Positions 14,941-30,170 of a DNA stretch of 64,000 nucleotides are shown here, one piece after another. The stretch is from Bugula neritina. Lineage: Eukaryota > Animalia > Bryozoa. The position numbers and the translations under genes are program-made. The notes beneath the pieces were generated by a model. The model was not told where the DNA came from. It saw nothing but the letters and a program-made list of their open reading frames with translations, and made no database searches. How positions within the stretch are numbered: position 1 is the first letter of the stretch; the number at the start of each line of letters is the position of its first letter. Where the stretch lies: NCBI GenBank assembly GCA_964035545.1, contig OZ037769.1:12430633-12494632 (forward strand). Reading direction: 5' to 3'.

Positions 14941-16512
14941 AAGAATATATTCTTATGAAACTTGGGCGTATATTTGGAGCTGGTAAACCAGAACTACTTT
15001 TGATTGCCGTCTGCTTTACATCCTAAACAGCCATGATACCCTAGCTTTAGTTGATGCCATAACTTTTCTCTCAAATTTGTTGCAAATTATTGTTGAAGCT
15101 CTATCTGAGAGATTAGCTTGCGTTTCCAGTTTCTACCTCTAAAAATTATAGAAGTTATACACGTGCATGCAAAGTGCACATACCATATTCATATAATACA
15201 AGTGTTTAAAAAGAACCAAGTCAGTAAGTCTACACATGCAAGATAATTCATAGATTTTTATGTTGAAAGATGCTATTTTTTCCTTTCTTCATGTTCATTT
15301 TGATATCGTGAGATTTCTCTCGAAGATAATTTCAATACGGTTCACTTCAATATTTAATTGTTTGAAAATAGTAGACTTTTTTGGGCAAGCATTAATACAT
15401 GCTTGGATTATAGTCAATGAACTTAAAAAAGTCTGTTTTGTATTGTCTGCTGTGAGAATATAAAGCTGGAATAATCAACATTGAGCTGTGCTGGATTTAG
15501 TTAAATCTTATAGCCGAGTAAAACTGTCATAATATGTTTATTACCAGCATAGCATTTCCTGTTATTGATTTTTTATCATAGTGATTTCAGAGGCTAAGCC
15601 TAAAAATTATCACAGATTTTAAAATGATAGAATTCATCAAAGTTTAAAGTTTATCTGAATTTGAGAATATAGATCATAGTTAAGACCCGAATTATTTAAG
15701 TTTTATAAAAAAAAACCTCAGTGTTTCGATGATTTTATTTGTAATTGTTCTAATATACCCTTAAATAATTCTTGCATGCTTTACTTCAAGCATTATTTTT
15801 CTACTATTTTACTGTTGACTAAATTTATTTATTCATTATAATATATTATAGTGCAATGCATTTTAATTTTTATAATATAAAATGGAATGATGTAAGATTT
15901 AAAATCCATGGTTGTGAAAACTCGAGATCAAACAGAACACACATTTTTGGCTGAGTAGATACTCTAGCTACTGTGATATAGTATATTTGCAATAAATTGA
16001 TTATAATTTAGTTATTATATAATTAGTTTTATGTGTATTACATTTAGGGAAAACTATGTCAATAGAAACTTACAGCAAATACATAATAAGTTCCTGCAGT
16101 AACCATGTCAAACATAAAGAAATAATTTGGCACAAAAATGAATTGAGTCATGTTTTTGTAACACTAAAAATGTGTGGTAATATGTAAAAAAAGCTAGTAA
16201 TTTGGCATAGCTATAAGTTTGACTTCCTTGTCTTAGTTGCAGGTTAAATGCAGTAAATTAGACATTAACTTATAGCTTGGAGCATGTTTTCATTGTTTGA
16301 ATAATTTTCTATATGAATAGCCGCACAGAAAAGTTATACTATTTGAAAACCACACTCCTGCTGTTTTATTGTTTAATGACTAAATGTAATAGCAATTGGA
16401 AAAATAGTTTGTGTTCAAATTATTTTGGTTTCTAAATTCATGACATCATCGAAAGTTATAGAAATTTGGTAGAACTAGAAAGTATAATTGGCTTGATATG
16501 CACTAGATTCAT

Positions 16513-16667
16513 TATGTATATGTATATATGTATATATGTATATGTGTATATGTGTATATGTGTATATGTGTATATGTGTATATGTGTATATGTGTATATG
16601 TGTATTTATGCGTGTGTGCGTGTGTGCGTGTGTGCGTGTGTGCGTGTGTGCGTGTGTGCGTGTGTGC
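16513..16667. repeat. Compound microsatellite (TATATGTG)n then (GTGTGTGC)n
   Basis: Direct inspection. Confidence 0.9.
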
Positions 16668-19600
16668 ATTATAATGTTTGTGTGGGTAAACATGTATATG
16701 TGTATGCGTTTTGCTAAAATCTCATTCTACCAGATTTGGTTTTTCTGAACTAACAATTTATTGTTGTATATGTTCTTAAAAAATACTGAAAAATAATTGT
16801 TTTTAAGATCTGGGCAAAATATTTTTCTCAGGTTTTTTTGAAACTTGGATAATAATTGAGCTGAAATGAAAATAATCTATTGAAAAAATGTGTGCTTCAC
16901 AAATGAAAAATTGTGCCATTTATATTTTATATTTTATGTTTACTGCTACGTGAGATACTAATAATCAAAAAGATGCTTTGATTCGTGGCATATTGATGTC
17001 TTTTAAAACATACTCCAATCCTATTTACAAGTTGGCATTATGTTCTTAATTTGTGAGAAAATTTTTCTGTATTGAGACAAACATGTTTTTGTCAGCATAA
17101 GTTTCTAATTTTCTAAGCTTATATATTTAGTTGAAGATAAACTTTTTAGCAACATTGCATTATACATACATTGGTGCAACAAGTTTTCTGAACATCTAAT
17201 AAATGTTCTGTCCAAATGTTGATTTCTAAAACTTAGCAAACATTTTTATAACATATTATAGCCACGGATATTAGGTGAAAACATTGGGACGCAACCTTTT
17301 CACAGTGTATGCAAATGTTTTTGTTAGCTTGGATATACTGTAAAGATATAATAGCCATCTCTTAGCTCACTCCTGCTACCCCAGGCTTTATGGTTGTAAA
17401 AGCTTGGGTTTATGGATTGCCTGCTACTATACCTCATCCACGCTTGTCTGTGTGGCTTTTAAATGGCTTGCAGTTTATTGGGCAATAGAATTTTGTTATG
17501 TAGCCAACTGACAGATGTACTGGATTTACTTGCAGCTTTTGTGAACAGCCACTCTCAGATCTTTATTGTAAATGGCCGTGAAGGTTACATAAAATATAGT
17601 GTGTGTCAGCAGGAAAGCAAAGGTTTCACGGTATACAAGAAAGAACCAGTGAACCACTTCATGCAACAAAGTGGCACACTTACTCAATAGTGAAACCTCA
17701 CAGTACTCTACAGAGTGAAACGCTACAGATACACTACAGCATACATGATAGAATAACTCCCAGGGAGAAACCAATAAAACTCTACTATAATATAAATACC
17801 CTGTAAATATACAATTACATATAACTAAACCTGTTAAATCATAATTATTTCTTGAAAAATAAAATCAATATTATATAGCTGTATTTCTACAAATACAAAG
17901 TGCCATTTAATAAACCATATGAATGCCCATTGATTAGTCTTGCAACTTGAGAGATTAAATTGCATTCTCAAGATTTCACTGCCAATCAAGAACATGTTTT
18001 AATGCAATCATTTTATGCCAGAGCATTGACATGGGATAATAATCAGCAAAATAATTGACTATTTCGTGCAAAACATGCCAAATAAGGTTGGGTGCACTGA
18101 ACACCCGGAACAAATCATTGATTGATCAAATGAACTTAGTCTATTTATGTCCAGCTTCAGAGCTATATACAGCAAGTATCAATGCTTCATAATGAAGTTA
18201 TTAAATATTTCCTAATTATTATATTACTCTGCAGTTTACAGCTATACATAATAATAATATAATTATTTTTGCTTGGCAGCAAAGGATTGATGCTGTTGAA
18301 TGGATATCATTACCAGTGGCTGGCATGTCAGTTGTGAACACTATGCTGTGTATATAAGGTAGGATAATCTATAAATGATTTAAACTTGTATGTAAGTTTA
18401 TTCTTTGTAAACAGTTTTATACTTACTGTATATATTAACAGTAGAAGTGCATATATATCATGTAACTATAATATGCTCGTGTTGACGATTCTCCTTTTTA
18501 TAACTAGCATGAAGTGTTTAAAAACACATCTAATTTACTGTTTATTTATTTATGCGCAGTTTTCAAATATAAAGCATATATGTAAATTACCATTAGCGAT
18601 TTCACACAAAGCTTTTTATAGGCCTTGATTCTTTGAAAGCTTTTTACAGTTTCTTTTCTGAAAGTTTGTTAAACGACAATATAATAATATCACAGGGTTG
18701 CAATAAATAATTAGTTTTATTTTGCAATACTGTTAGATAGTCGAGTAGCTGAGAGAGGTTCAATCCAGTACATACATAAAATATTAGCTATTCAACTAAA
18801 AGCTTTTTTTTATAGCTTTTTTTCTGAAAGCAACATCTGAGTGAAGAATGATAAATGGATACTATTTTCACACCCATTATGATTAATTTATTGCCAGCCC
18901 CAGTTTGATCCTTAAATAAACTGGAGATAGCTATATATATAAGGACTCTGTACTGTGTGTGCGTGTGCACAACATTTCCTGCATGGTCGGAAAAACGCAA
19001 TTCTAAAAGCTCCAAATTTCCCTGTCACCTCCGGGGTCATTAACCTTAAGTATTTTAACCTGAATTCGAAGAGAGTATGATTTAAATAATATGAAATAAT
19101 TAAGTAATTACTTGTCTATTCTTTTGTTCTATTTCTAACGGCTATTCACTATAATGATTATGTCCAGTGTTATATCTACATTCACTTCTTACATAATATA
19201 ATCAATCACTATACATCCAGTTATCAATAACTCTAAGATAAACTACATAAGACGCTACCACGTGGGAATTGCCTTACATTCTAACTTAGGTCATATGTTG
19301 CAGCGACTTCTAGTATGAACTGTCATCCTTCAAACTACAACTTCGATCATTACATTTCACCAAGGTCATGTGACCTGATTTATAAGTGAGGTATGTGACC
19401 TAGCTTTGCAAAAACTAAGTAAATTTAGATGATTGCCTGCATGTATTCTTCTACTGAAGATCATGCCTAATTAACTTTCAATCTAATGTTTTATGGTTGT
19501 GCAATATTTCTAATTAATATATAACAGCTAGCAATTCATTCGCTACTTTCTATATAGCTCTTGGAAGCTGTAACATCTTTTATATTCTTAGCAAGTTGAA

Positions 19601-20106
19601 ATTTAGAAAGGCTTGCAAAGGTTGATATCAACTCTTGTGAAAGTTTGTATACTCTATAATATGATGAGTTTAATATATTTTGATTAGAGTACTATGTTTA
19701 ATATAATATCATGTAAAATTTCTCATGTATATTACATTATGTATAGGTAATATACTATGTGTAATATTTTATGTATCATATATTTTGTGTATAATATAAT
19801 TATTATGAATAAAATCCTATATGCAGTATATATTATGTATAATTTATTATATGTAATACATTATGTATAATATAATTATAATAATATTATACATTATAAT
19901 AACATTGTGTATAATATATACTGTTATTCATGTTAAGTTGCCACATCATTAAGAATAACTATTGCATGTTACAAGTAGCTAATTACAAAGATGTGAGGTT
20001 GAAGTGCATGTATCATAATTCCCACAAGCCAATTTCACTTCTACATAGATTAACAGTTTGTTAAATATCACTTTACTGCTTATCAATTTTCATACTTTAG
20101 ATTTTT

Positions 20107-21868
20107 ATGTTTGTAGAAAAACACTTCCAAGAGTTAATTGAACTGATGACAATGGGTAGTCTAATTAACGGCTCCAACTGCAGTACCAGTGCAAGCGTAG
20201 AACCTATTTTAGACCCCACTGCTAAAGGTGTATTCTCAACTATCTACACGTTGGCCTGTGTACTAGGTGTTGCAGGAAATATCTCTTCTCTCATAGTTTT
20301 TGCCGTTGGTCGAAGATGCAATACGGATATAAGCGGCTTTCTCATCAACCTAGCCGTGGCCGACCTTGCCATGACTTTAATATGTATTCCATTTTCATTT
20401 ACAAACGCAATGCTCCAAGAGTGGATATTCCCTGAAGCTATGTGCCCCATACTTCTTTTTACTCAACTCTTATCCGTTACAGTGAGTGTCTACACTAACA
20501 CAGCTATTAGTATTGACAGATTCGTAGCAATTACCTATCCTATGAAATTAATGTCACGCAGCAGAAAATACGTTCGCTGGGCTATACTCGTCATATGGCT
20601 TGTTTCTATCGCCCTTTGCTCAGTCCAACTTATTGTAGCCAAAGTTAAAGTTGGACCAAACTGTGAAATGGTCTGTAACGAAGTTTGGAGTGATGATGAC
20701 GTGAACAAATCAGCAAAATTACGTCAAATTTACACTATTATTATTCTTGTAATAACCTACATTATACCAGTTGGATTTATTGCCATTATGTATGGGTTGG
20801 TCTGCACTCAGTTGTGGAAAAGAACAACGCCTGGTGCAAGTGACCAAGTGAGAGACTCTCGGTTACTAAAAACAAAGAAAATGGTAATAACTTTTTATAA
20901 GTTATCTATCTTTTCTCATAATGATAGATTATAATTTTTATTTTTATTTTAACTTTATCAGTATACCTATATGATACGGTGTACACGGTTGTTTTAGGTG
21001 GTGAAAATGCTGATAACTATGACCATCCTGTTTACCATCTCCTGGATGCCAGTGCATCTATTCTTTCTCATAGTTGATTTTCGAAAGAAAGATGCAGGCG
21101 TTCCCGATGTAAAGAAACTTACCATTTTATACATGACAGCCAACTGGTTAGCAATGTCCAACAGTTTCCAGAACCCTATTATCTATGGATTTCTCAATAA
21201 TAACTTCAGGGTGAGTGAAAGTGCTTTTTTGCTGTGCTTTAGAATTTTGCCTTTACCATTTGTTTTTAGCAAAAATTTGCAATTCAAAATGATTAATTAG
21301 GTACTTAGCTTGAAAATGTATTTCTTTACAGTTATTGATATGCATGCAGCATTGCCTGTGTCTGGTACTATTCAATGCATTGCCAGTTTTTGATTACTTT
21401 TATTTAAGCAAGAGTTTTCCCTTAAACCAAATTTAAAAATATTTTTCTTTTCCTGAATGCTTTAAACAAAATAGTGGTTGTTGCCAGGTTATTAAAACAG
21501 TCAAGTCTCGAATTGTTTTAAAATCTGTTTCTACTTTTGCTAAATTTACCCATTTTAGTGGCTAGTATTTTAAAACCAGAACCTAAAACCACATAAAACT
21601 GCTTCTAGCAAGTCACTTTATAGATCAACAAAGTCTGCTAATTACACTTCATTCTATTCTTACTTCTGATACTGGCTTCATCTGTTTGCAAAAAATTGCA
21701 ATTGAAACCCCTCTTGGCCTACCAGTGGGACATCATTCATTACTTATTAGCCATACAAGATGTTAATTACTGTTCATTAACAACACGATTTTATCTAACC
21801 ACATGTTTTTACACATGTAGTGTAACATTAAGCTAAACTACTATTTTTTCTATCATAATATATTATTT

Positions 21869-21909
<41 letters not shown>

Positions 21910-23155
21910 CTTTTATTTAAATTTGTAAGTTGCATTCAAAATAAGTGCATCAAGGTCTATCTATATTTAATTTTGCCAGCAAATTATCTTTTATATTAAT
22001 TATATGGCCGCGGGCAAAGAGAATAATTAGCTAATTACTATTACAGTGATATCACTAATTACTTTTACTACTAAGCTAAAAATATACAACCAGTCCACTT
22101 GTTATTATAGTTGTATTTATGTAACACTGTCGGCCTACGTTCATTTTTACCCAATGACTAATAAGGGTTTGCAGAGACCAATTATATTTAAAGCATGTCC
22201 ACAGTTTTTATTAATGACATAGTTGTATAATACAGTGTCAGTTGACGGAGGTGGTGGCTTCAGCTTCAATACTATCACAAAGCATATGTAAATTGAAATA
22301 TTATTAAATGAGATGCAAGAATCATTGAATTACATTTATAATACAGTGTCTTTAAAAGGAAATGTTACAACACTTTTCATGAAAGCTAGATGTCAAAGGG
22401 CATGCAATTTTTGTTGACAAATTTTAGTACAAAGTTTTTCAAAAAGATGGATACTAAACATTCTTGTACCCAGTATTTGAAAATATTCAGTATGGAGCCA
22501 GGAAATAAATAAATGACTGCATGCCTATAGTGTGTTCTAGGTAATGAAGGTTTGCTTAGAGGCTGTTCTCCAGATATTTGCTGTAGATTTCACTTTTACC
22601 TTATCTATTTGCTGTAGATATCATCTTTACCTATGTTTTGCTTTTGACAGTCTGACTTGGCAGAGCTGCTCATAAAATGCTGCCCATCACTCTCCAAGAT
22701 TGAATGCATTAAGAGAGCAGCTTCAGCCAATCAGCCGCTCTCAAGACTGTCAACAAAGGCATCGTTGCTCACTGAGAGAGCCGACAGCAGGGGGGAAATG
22801 TATCGCCATAGAAATCGGTCTATCAGCTTGGCATCTCGGACAGGACTAGCTGTGAGTGTAAAACTCTTCTTCATTTGCTACTGGTATATGCAAACTAGAT
22901 AAAAGGGGCATTATTACTGATGAAAGACTGAAAAAGTAGCCAAGTTTAGGATTACATGATTTTTAAATTACAATTGCAGTATTGCTACAGTTTACCACTC
23001 AAATACCTTTTTTCAAACTGTAGAAGAAATCGACTGACCGAGCATACTCAGAAGACACACATAATGATGAGATTAGCACAATGTTACTACAGGAGATACC
23101 ATCAGAAAATTCCAGAGAATCAAATGCTGCTGCTGCTATTGATGGGGATGACTAG
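20107..23155 (+). CDS. Rhodopsin-class neuropeptide GPCR (RYamide/luqin/leucokinin/GPR83-like group)
   Basis: In-frame exons 20107-20883, 20998-21210, 22651-22851, 23024-23155. Motifs GN (TM1), NLAVADL, CIPFSF, WIFPEAMCP, IDRF, LWKRTTPG, FTISWMP, WLAMSNSFQNPIIYGFLNNNFR. The start could instead be 20146 or 20152. Confidence 0.9.
21875..21907. repeat. (TA)n microsatellite
   Basis: TA run in a GPCR intron. Confidence 0.9.
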
Positions 23156-23338
23156 ATGACCACCACATAACTTTTTGTGCACACAGCCAATAGAGAGCCA
23201 GATGCTGCTGCTGCTTTTGATGGGGCTGATTTGACCATCACATAACTTCTAGCTTGATTTGCTAGGTTAACAGAAGATATTTGGGCTTAATTTGTTGTTT
23301 CTGCACTAAGCTAAACTTGTTCTAGTCAGCATTTCATA

Positions 23339-23341
<3 letters not shown>

Positions 23342-23386
<45 letters not shown>
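23342..23386. repeat. (TA)n microsatellite
   Basis: TA run in the GPCR 3' region. Confidence 0.9.
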
Positions 23387-23391
<5 letters not shown>

Positions 23392-23880
23392 AAGTGTTCA
23401 GTATATTGTGTTAAATTAGTATCTCATTGTGTGAACTACTCCTTTCTATGTTTTACAATTCATTCTCAATAGTGAATTATCATCATTTTAATTTCTAAAG
23501 AGCATTAATAATAAATTATTGTAAAGTGGTCTAGCTAATTTCTAGGCATTTCAAATTTAAAGTAAATTAAATTTCTATTTCATTCAAATTCTTGAGTTGC
23601 GTTGCACATTTCCAAGAAAACATAGCTTTTAAGGTTTATAGCCATATATATATATGCAGCTAGAGCCAACTCTTCAACGTGTTTTATGTTTATATATATT
23701 TTTGTTATAATGATAATAATAATAGTATATAATGAAACATACCAGAATTTTCTACACTATTGAAGCCATGATTACATAAGTTTTGATCTCACGACAGAAG
23801 GTTTACTAAATGTATATTTTGTATTGCTAGATCATGTCTGTAAATTCATGTTGTGATACCGAGCCCTGTAGAAACCATAG

Positions 23881-23932
23881 CAACATAATAAAGTTGAAAA
23901 TACTAGTATTTTCAACTTTAGTTATTATGTTG
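23881..23932. repeat. Palindrome with a 32-bp perfect core
   Basis: taaagttgaaaatactagtattttcaacttta flanked by caacataa / ttatgttg. Confidence 0.85.
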
Positions 23933-24241
23933 TGACAAAATAAATTTCTTTATGCCTTGTAAGATGTGGCACAGTAATTGCTACTTTATCACCATGTTTA
24001 TTAGCGAGTTGTCTTTTCCAATATAGGTATAATAAATAACTATACATTATTATACATGATAACATGAACAGTTATTATTGGACACTAATCTTTATTACAA
24101 ATAAATAAATCTTTGAGCATCATATTAGCATTAATAATGTTACACGCAAAATATATTTATAAGAATATATATATTTATAAGAAAATTTGCCAACGAAATT
24201 GTCTACAACTCTGCGAGTAGTTTGCTTTAGTTGTCCAACTT

Positions 24242-27200
24242 TTAAGGTATTTTTGAAGACTCCATGTCCAGAAAAGTCTCCGCTAGAATAAAAAGGTAAA
24301 CAAATTCGAATTACATTAAACTGCAAATGCTTATATATCAACTTATATTAAAAACATAATAACAGTATGTGCCAGGTACATTGCAATATATTCCGCTTCT
24401 ATAATAATAATAATAATAATGCAGTAGATAGTATAGCTTACCAATCATGCTGAAGTATTTGCTAGTAGAGTAAGACTTTGCAGGCGACCTCTTTCTCTCA
24501 CTAAGCATGTTTCTGCCAAAATGTGACTTGCTCTAAAAACACCGAAACATCACATTTAAGCGTTGCCTATATATGTCGAATGTAGTACAGTTGTTGTACC
24601 CATGTTTAAAGAGAACATTGTGGTAAAATTTCCGTATCAGCATTCAAACATGCCTTGAAAACATGCTAAATAAAAAAATGGACAACCACATGACTGGTAC
24701 CCAATAAAAACAAAAATTATTCCCACTCAAACAATTATTTTGTTGGTAAATTATGTCCACCTGGTAGTAAATTACAATTTTAAATATGCTAGAAAAAATA
24801 CTGAGTGGACAACTCATAAATCTATTGAAAAAACAACTACACCCAAATGCCTGGCTGCTATATTAATAGAACTTGTTTTTTTAAATTTACCTTTGCCATG
24901 TTGCCTTTAATTCCTTTCACATGATCCCAGAACTTGCCACATACCACACTATCTGCACTTTTGCATCTTGATACATTTGAAGCAGTTTTAAATGAGTTGC
25001 AACTGGGCACCAAACCAAATTTTTCTGGTTTCCACCAGTCCGAGAGCTCAGACCTTGAAAACACTTCCGGACTTTTTGAGTCCGCACATTTTGTGAAAGC
25101 ATTTCCAACTTTGGGTGTATTTATGTTAGTACACTGACATTTGGTTAGGGTACTCATGTTAGTACCAGTGAAACAAAAGTTACTATTCCCACTGCAATGT
25201 GATTTACTGCGAACTAGCTTTGACTGAAAGCCTCTAGTCATCCTAGTGTTTGACGATAAATTCTTGGTAGCTATTGGCGTTACGCTGTTGATGTTTGAGA
25301 TGGTAGCAGTAGCACATTGCTTATTAGAAATCAGTGAAGCGGGAAGTGTAGGAGGCCCCCAATTATTCAAACTTGTGAGAGTGACTGGGCTACCAGCTGA
25401 AGCAGTCTCTAAAAGCCGCTCACACTGTGTTATAGTCGGGGTAACTGTATGTACCTCACCAATCTCATCAGCTGTTTGTAAACTATCACTATGCCATTTT
25501 ATCTCACATTTTTGTAAAACCCTTTCAGTGTCTAATATACTGGTCGACAATCCGTCAGGAATAACACCACTAGCAGCTGTAGATTCACTTGATTTGTCAA
25601 TGTTTACTATCACGCTGCCGGCAGCAAACTGATGCCCAGTTCGCTGTGCATCTAGTGAACGCCTGCTTTTTGTGTCTTTCCTTCCTGAATTCAATCTTAA
25701 TAAATTTACGTAATTACCAGCAACAGTTTCTTGGGCTAGCATACAATCTGTTTCAGTAGGCTCAAAATTGTGTGTTTCTTTTAGGTTAAACTCTAAGCAA
25801 TGCAATGCAGCCTCATCGGTTTCAAATTCCTCTGCCCATAATACAGGAGTTTTCATTTCTTTACTAATGGGTCTCCATAATTTGGTTGTTAATGCATTCT
25901 CTAGATTTAGCCAAGACTGATCATTTGTTTTAGTAAACAACCAGTCTAGTAGTTCATTTTTATTAGTAGTTGAAGCCAGCATTAGATTGGTAGGTTTACA
26001 TTCGCCGGAGTTACTCAGCACTATGGTGTCAGGCAGTTTGTGACAGCCCTCAGTGTCACGTTTATCATGTGATGAAATCTCAGCAACTGCCACGCTGTCT
26101 TTTTGAAGTTTTAATTCAAACTTTCTTTTAGAAACAAGATTGCTATGCCTGTCAGGAAGCGAGCTCACAATCAGTTTAGATGTACCAGACAACACCTCAG
26201 TAGTGTTAGAAGCATATATTTGAGAAGCCAATACTGATTGGGTATTCACTAGATCAGGTTTAACTGAAGCATGGGCAGATGAATCCTCGAGACAAGTCCC
26301 TGCTACATCACTTTGGTCTACTTGCAATGTCAGAATAGGTTTGGCAGAATGTTTTTTTGGCACGACTTCATTTTGGGTATCAGACAGCCTATACGGTGAG
26401 CTCACAAGAAAGACACTGGCATTACTATGTACGTCGGCTATGTTGTTATTTGGAGATGATGAATTTACATGGCACTTCTCTTCTGTGTACTCACTGCTTT
26501 TTGGTATAATCCTCTTTAGCGATACAGCAGACGTCTACAGTGAATTTATAAACTTGTGTAACAATGAAGCTGACAAGTTTACAGTTTGAAAGCGTTTACA
26601 TGATTGAATTATTTTCACTGTATTAACAAACCCAGGAAGCCCATGCTTGGTTTTCGGTCTACCCCAAGGTTCAACACATAAAACAATATTAAATGTATAT
26701 ATTAAAGTCAACAAAGATGTTGGAAACCATAGGCAGCATATTTTTCTGTGTAAACTCGCCGATTGTAAATTTGGTAAATATGCATATATTTTACACAAGT
26801 GTTTATGGTAAAAAGTAGACAACTCTCAAATAAATGATGCATAATTAATATACTACTAATAATTACCTGGCATTTCTGGGATGAGGCATGTTCAATAGAT
26901 TTCATTCTGGAACACCTTTCCTTAGCATGCATCTCCTGGAATATTAGATCTGAAGTCCAGTTAGAACACTGATGTCTATTATTAGAACCTTTAGGACTAC
27001 CAATAGAATACTTGTGTTTATTGGTAGAACCATGCTCTTTACCAATTTGGTCTCTGTAATCGGCTGCATTATGAGATGAGCTGAACTCCGCTTTTACTGC
27101 AAGTTATCAAAAGTAAAGAAGTGGTAAGTAAAATGTGCATTACTAAAAGGGAATACAACTCTTAGTCATGAATAATAACTACGAAAACGATTGAAAACGA

Positions 27201-29109
27201 TCCTGTAGCTTGAAAGAATTTGACAATGCACTGCAAGTAATAATGAAGAGCACTTTTACATGTATATTATTTAATACTATCGTGAAATATATACATGTAT
27301 AATACAAGTTTATGAAAGTTATGTGATGGCTTAGAGTAGACATGAGTACAAACACCCAGCAACAGAGCACCCACCTTGCTGAGGTGACTGACATGAGAGA
27401 TACTCCTTCAGTCTCATGTGAGCCGTGATAACACTGTGTATTCTACTCTTACAGCTGCCTTTAGGTTCACCGTTGTCAGCAGGCACACTTGACTTTATAT
27501 TCTTTCTACAGCTGCCACCTTTTCCTAAATTATTTAAAGCATGTGTAGTGTGCTATATAATACCACTTTACAAATAATTGAAGTATTAAATGCACATTGT
27601 ATCGACAGTTAGAAACACATGTTTGTAAACAAACTCCGGTGTTACATGGCGATGTAAGAATCACAGTACTACATTATGCAATACATGCATGTGCTATATA
27701 AATAAATGTACACAAATCTAACATATGAAAGTCACATGTGCTTCATTTTGGTACAATATTATACTATCAAGCCTAAGAGTTGTCTTCTTACATAGGTGAT
27801 AGCTGATATGAAATGCATATCAGTGTCTAGATTGTTTGTATACAAGCTGCGAATAAACTCCAGTAGCCTACTAATACTTGTAGATAAAATAATACATACC
27901 TACATTTGGTTTGGCTTCATATTTGTTCTTCAAACTTTTAGATTTGTATGGACTATCAATTTTAATTTTCTGCTTTGTTATTTTCTTTTGGCGCTTTTTT
28001 TCAGACTTCTTATTTTTTGAGACATGCAAAATTCTGTTTTCGGTCCTATTAGTGTTTTGCGTTGACCTTGATCTTGCATGACACTTATTGGAAGTTCTGG
28101 TTCGGCTAGAGAACTTTTGTGTAGAAGCCAAACTGTTGCTAGCCAAGTGTACCTTGACATATGAAACACAAAAATTTAAACACTATGAGGTAAGTTGATG
28201 CACAAAACACCCACAATTCAACATATAAAGGCAAGGACTCAGTTATTGCGCTGAGCAACAAGCACGCATACTATTACTAATTATGTCACGACTTTTTAAA
28301 TTTAAAAATTCAATTAATAGAAATATAAAATAAATGCAAAAATTTAAGCAGCAACTAAAGATATAAAAAAATTGATTTATATATCACAAAGTATGCAATA
28401 GTTGACAAATTAAGTTTATTTAGTAATACTTGAAGCAATAGGTAAGATGCCAAATACAAAGTAGATAAAAAACTTCAGTGAAAAAAAACCTTGAAACTTA
28501 TAACAGATAAGGACTTGTAGCAAACCAATAGTAATCATTAATTGATAATTATCATCCAACTACATATGTATATGAAACACTTAGTGTAGTGGTTTGAAGG
28601 AAATTACTACACTCTCAAATGTCACTAACTGTCTTTGGGTAGATATTATGTAAAGAAAATGCAAAAGTAATTTGAAATTGTCTAGGCTTATATATTTATA
28701 GTGTTAGTCAAAATAACAATCAGAAAAGATTGGACTTTTGATTTTTCAACAAAAATATAGCATTGCTGTGATAATGGACAGGTTCATTTACTTTTAAGCA
28801 GTTGAGTGCCATTACTTGATATAATTAATTAGATTATTTATTCACCTTGTCGTCAACCAAATGACGAGAAGCTCTACTGGTTGGACAACATGAATGAGCA
28901 TTACGTCGTCTGACTTTACTTTGTAACATTGATGATGTGTTTTGGCGAGTTGATATCACACGAGAAACTTTAGCAGTGGCCCGTAGGTCTGGTGGTTTGC
29001 TTCTAGCATTGTGAGCAAGCACTGGCGTAGAACCAGTTTGGCCTCTATAATAGGGAGATGCCCGGAACTCCTGGAGCACGTTTCTCTTTTCATTGTCATT
29101 CCGCGTCAT
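24242..29109 (-). CDS. Uncharacterised ~865-aa Ser/Thr/Lys-rich, largely low-complexity protein
   Basis: Phase-compatible exons 29109-28846, 28152-27900, 27524-27453, 27096-26867, 26534-24891, 24532-24442, 24282-24242, including a 1.6-kb open exon. No domain recognised. The start and last exon are uncertain. Confidence 0.65.
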
Positions 29110-30132
29110 TATCTGCATTAGCAGAGATAAGTTAGTATGGTGCTTCAAAAGTTTTCTATAATTAATAAACATCATTTATTAATCTTCATTTTCTTTTAAA
29201 AAGTGGCAGGGCTGGTAATGTTAGCCCTTGCGCTACTTAGACGCAAAAATTTGACATGCTTGAACAGCTTTATAATCACAGTTTTTACATGGTGGAAACA
29301 CTAAACATTGATATAAAAGTTGAATATTATTGTATTGATCAAGTGGCCTAAACGCAAATCAAACTATATTGACCCCAGATAACTTCAGTTATTGATTGCT
29401 TTAAGTGAGGCTTGACTAAAATTTTTCTTCTTGAATACCATAATGTTTACTGCAATTAGCTAAATTCTGTGAACTGTTTTAGGTGCCACCACTATAGCTT
29501 CTGTCAGCCTGTAGGCTACTGCTGCTATTAATAACAGTAAATAATAGTTCTTTCAATACGTCATTAGTAGTTGCACTTAATCTTATACTTACAGCGAAAA
29601 TGCTACTCTACTTCTAGTAATTAGGCTACTAAATTAATATTATTACAACTGTTTGTAATTATTATATTACCATCATCATTATGATTAGTATTTTATTTAT
29701 TATAATAAATATAATAACATTACTATGGTAAACTAATAGTAATTATAATCATAATCATAATGATAATCATGATAATGGTAATCACAATGATCAAATTTGA
29801 CGATATTTAATTTCATTTTTAATAATTATCCAGATATTTCTTGAACAGCAAAACTAATCTAAAATATTTAACAGTGGTAGTTATAGGGACTAGTTTTGCA
29901 ACCAGCTAAAAGTAAAAATAATTAGACTTGAAACTTTTTTTATACAACTATGGGAACAAACTAAATTGAATCATGCATGTTATAAATTAAAGCGAAGCGG
30001 ATGAAACCTAATTAGATTCTGCTAGTTTATAAGCCTATGTTTATAGTCTTTTAAGTTTCGTTTTATTTCCAGAGTCCGTATTTGTTTTTACGAGCATCAC
30101 AATAAAGTTTCGTTTTAATGCTATCGCATGCC

Positions 30133-30170
30133 ATTGGCTCATCCAATAATGTTGCACCGTCTAGGCCAAT
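30133..30170. promoter_or_regulatory. Cluster of three CCAAT/ATTGG boxes between divergent genes (possible bidirectional promoter)
   Basis: attgg 30133, ccaat 30143 and ccaat 30166 in a GC-richer patch between the ATG at 29109 (-) and the ORF at 30742 (+). Confidence 0.4.

Noticed and set aside
17340-17806. GC-richer patch with three short overlapping ORFs; possible solo LTR or decayed element
   Set aside because: No recognisable motif, termini, TSD or second copy in the window.
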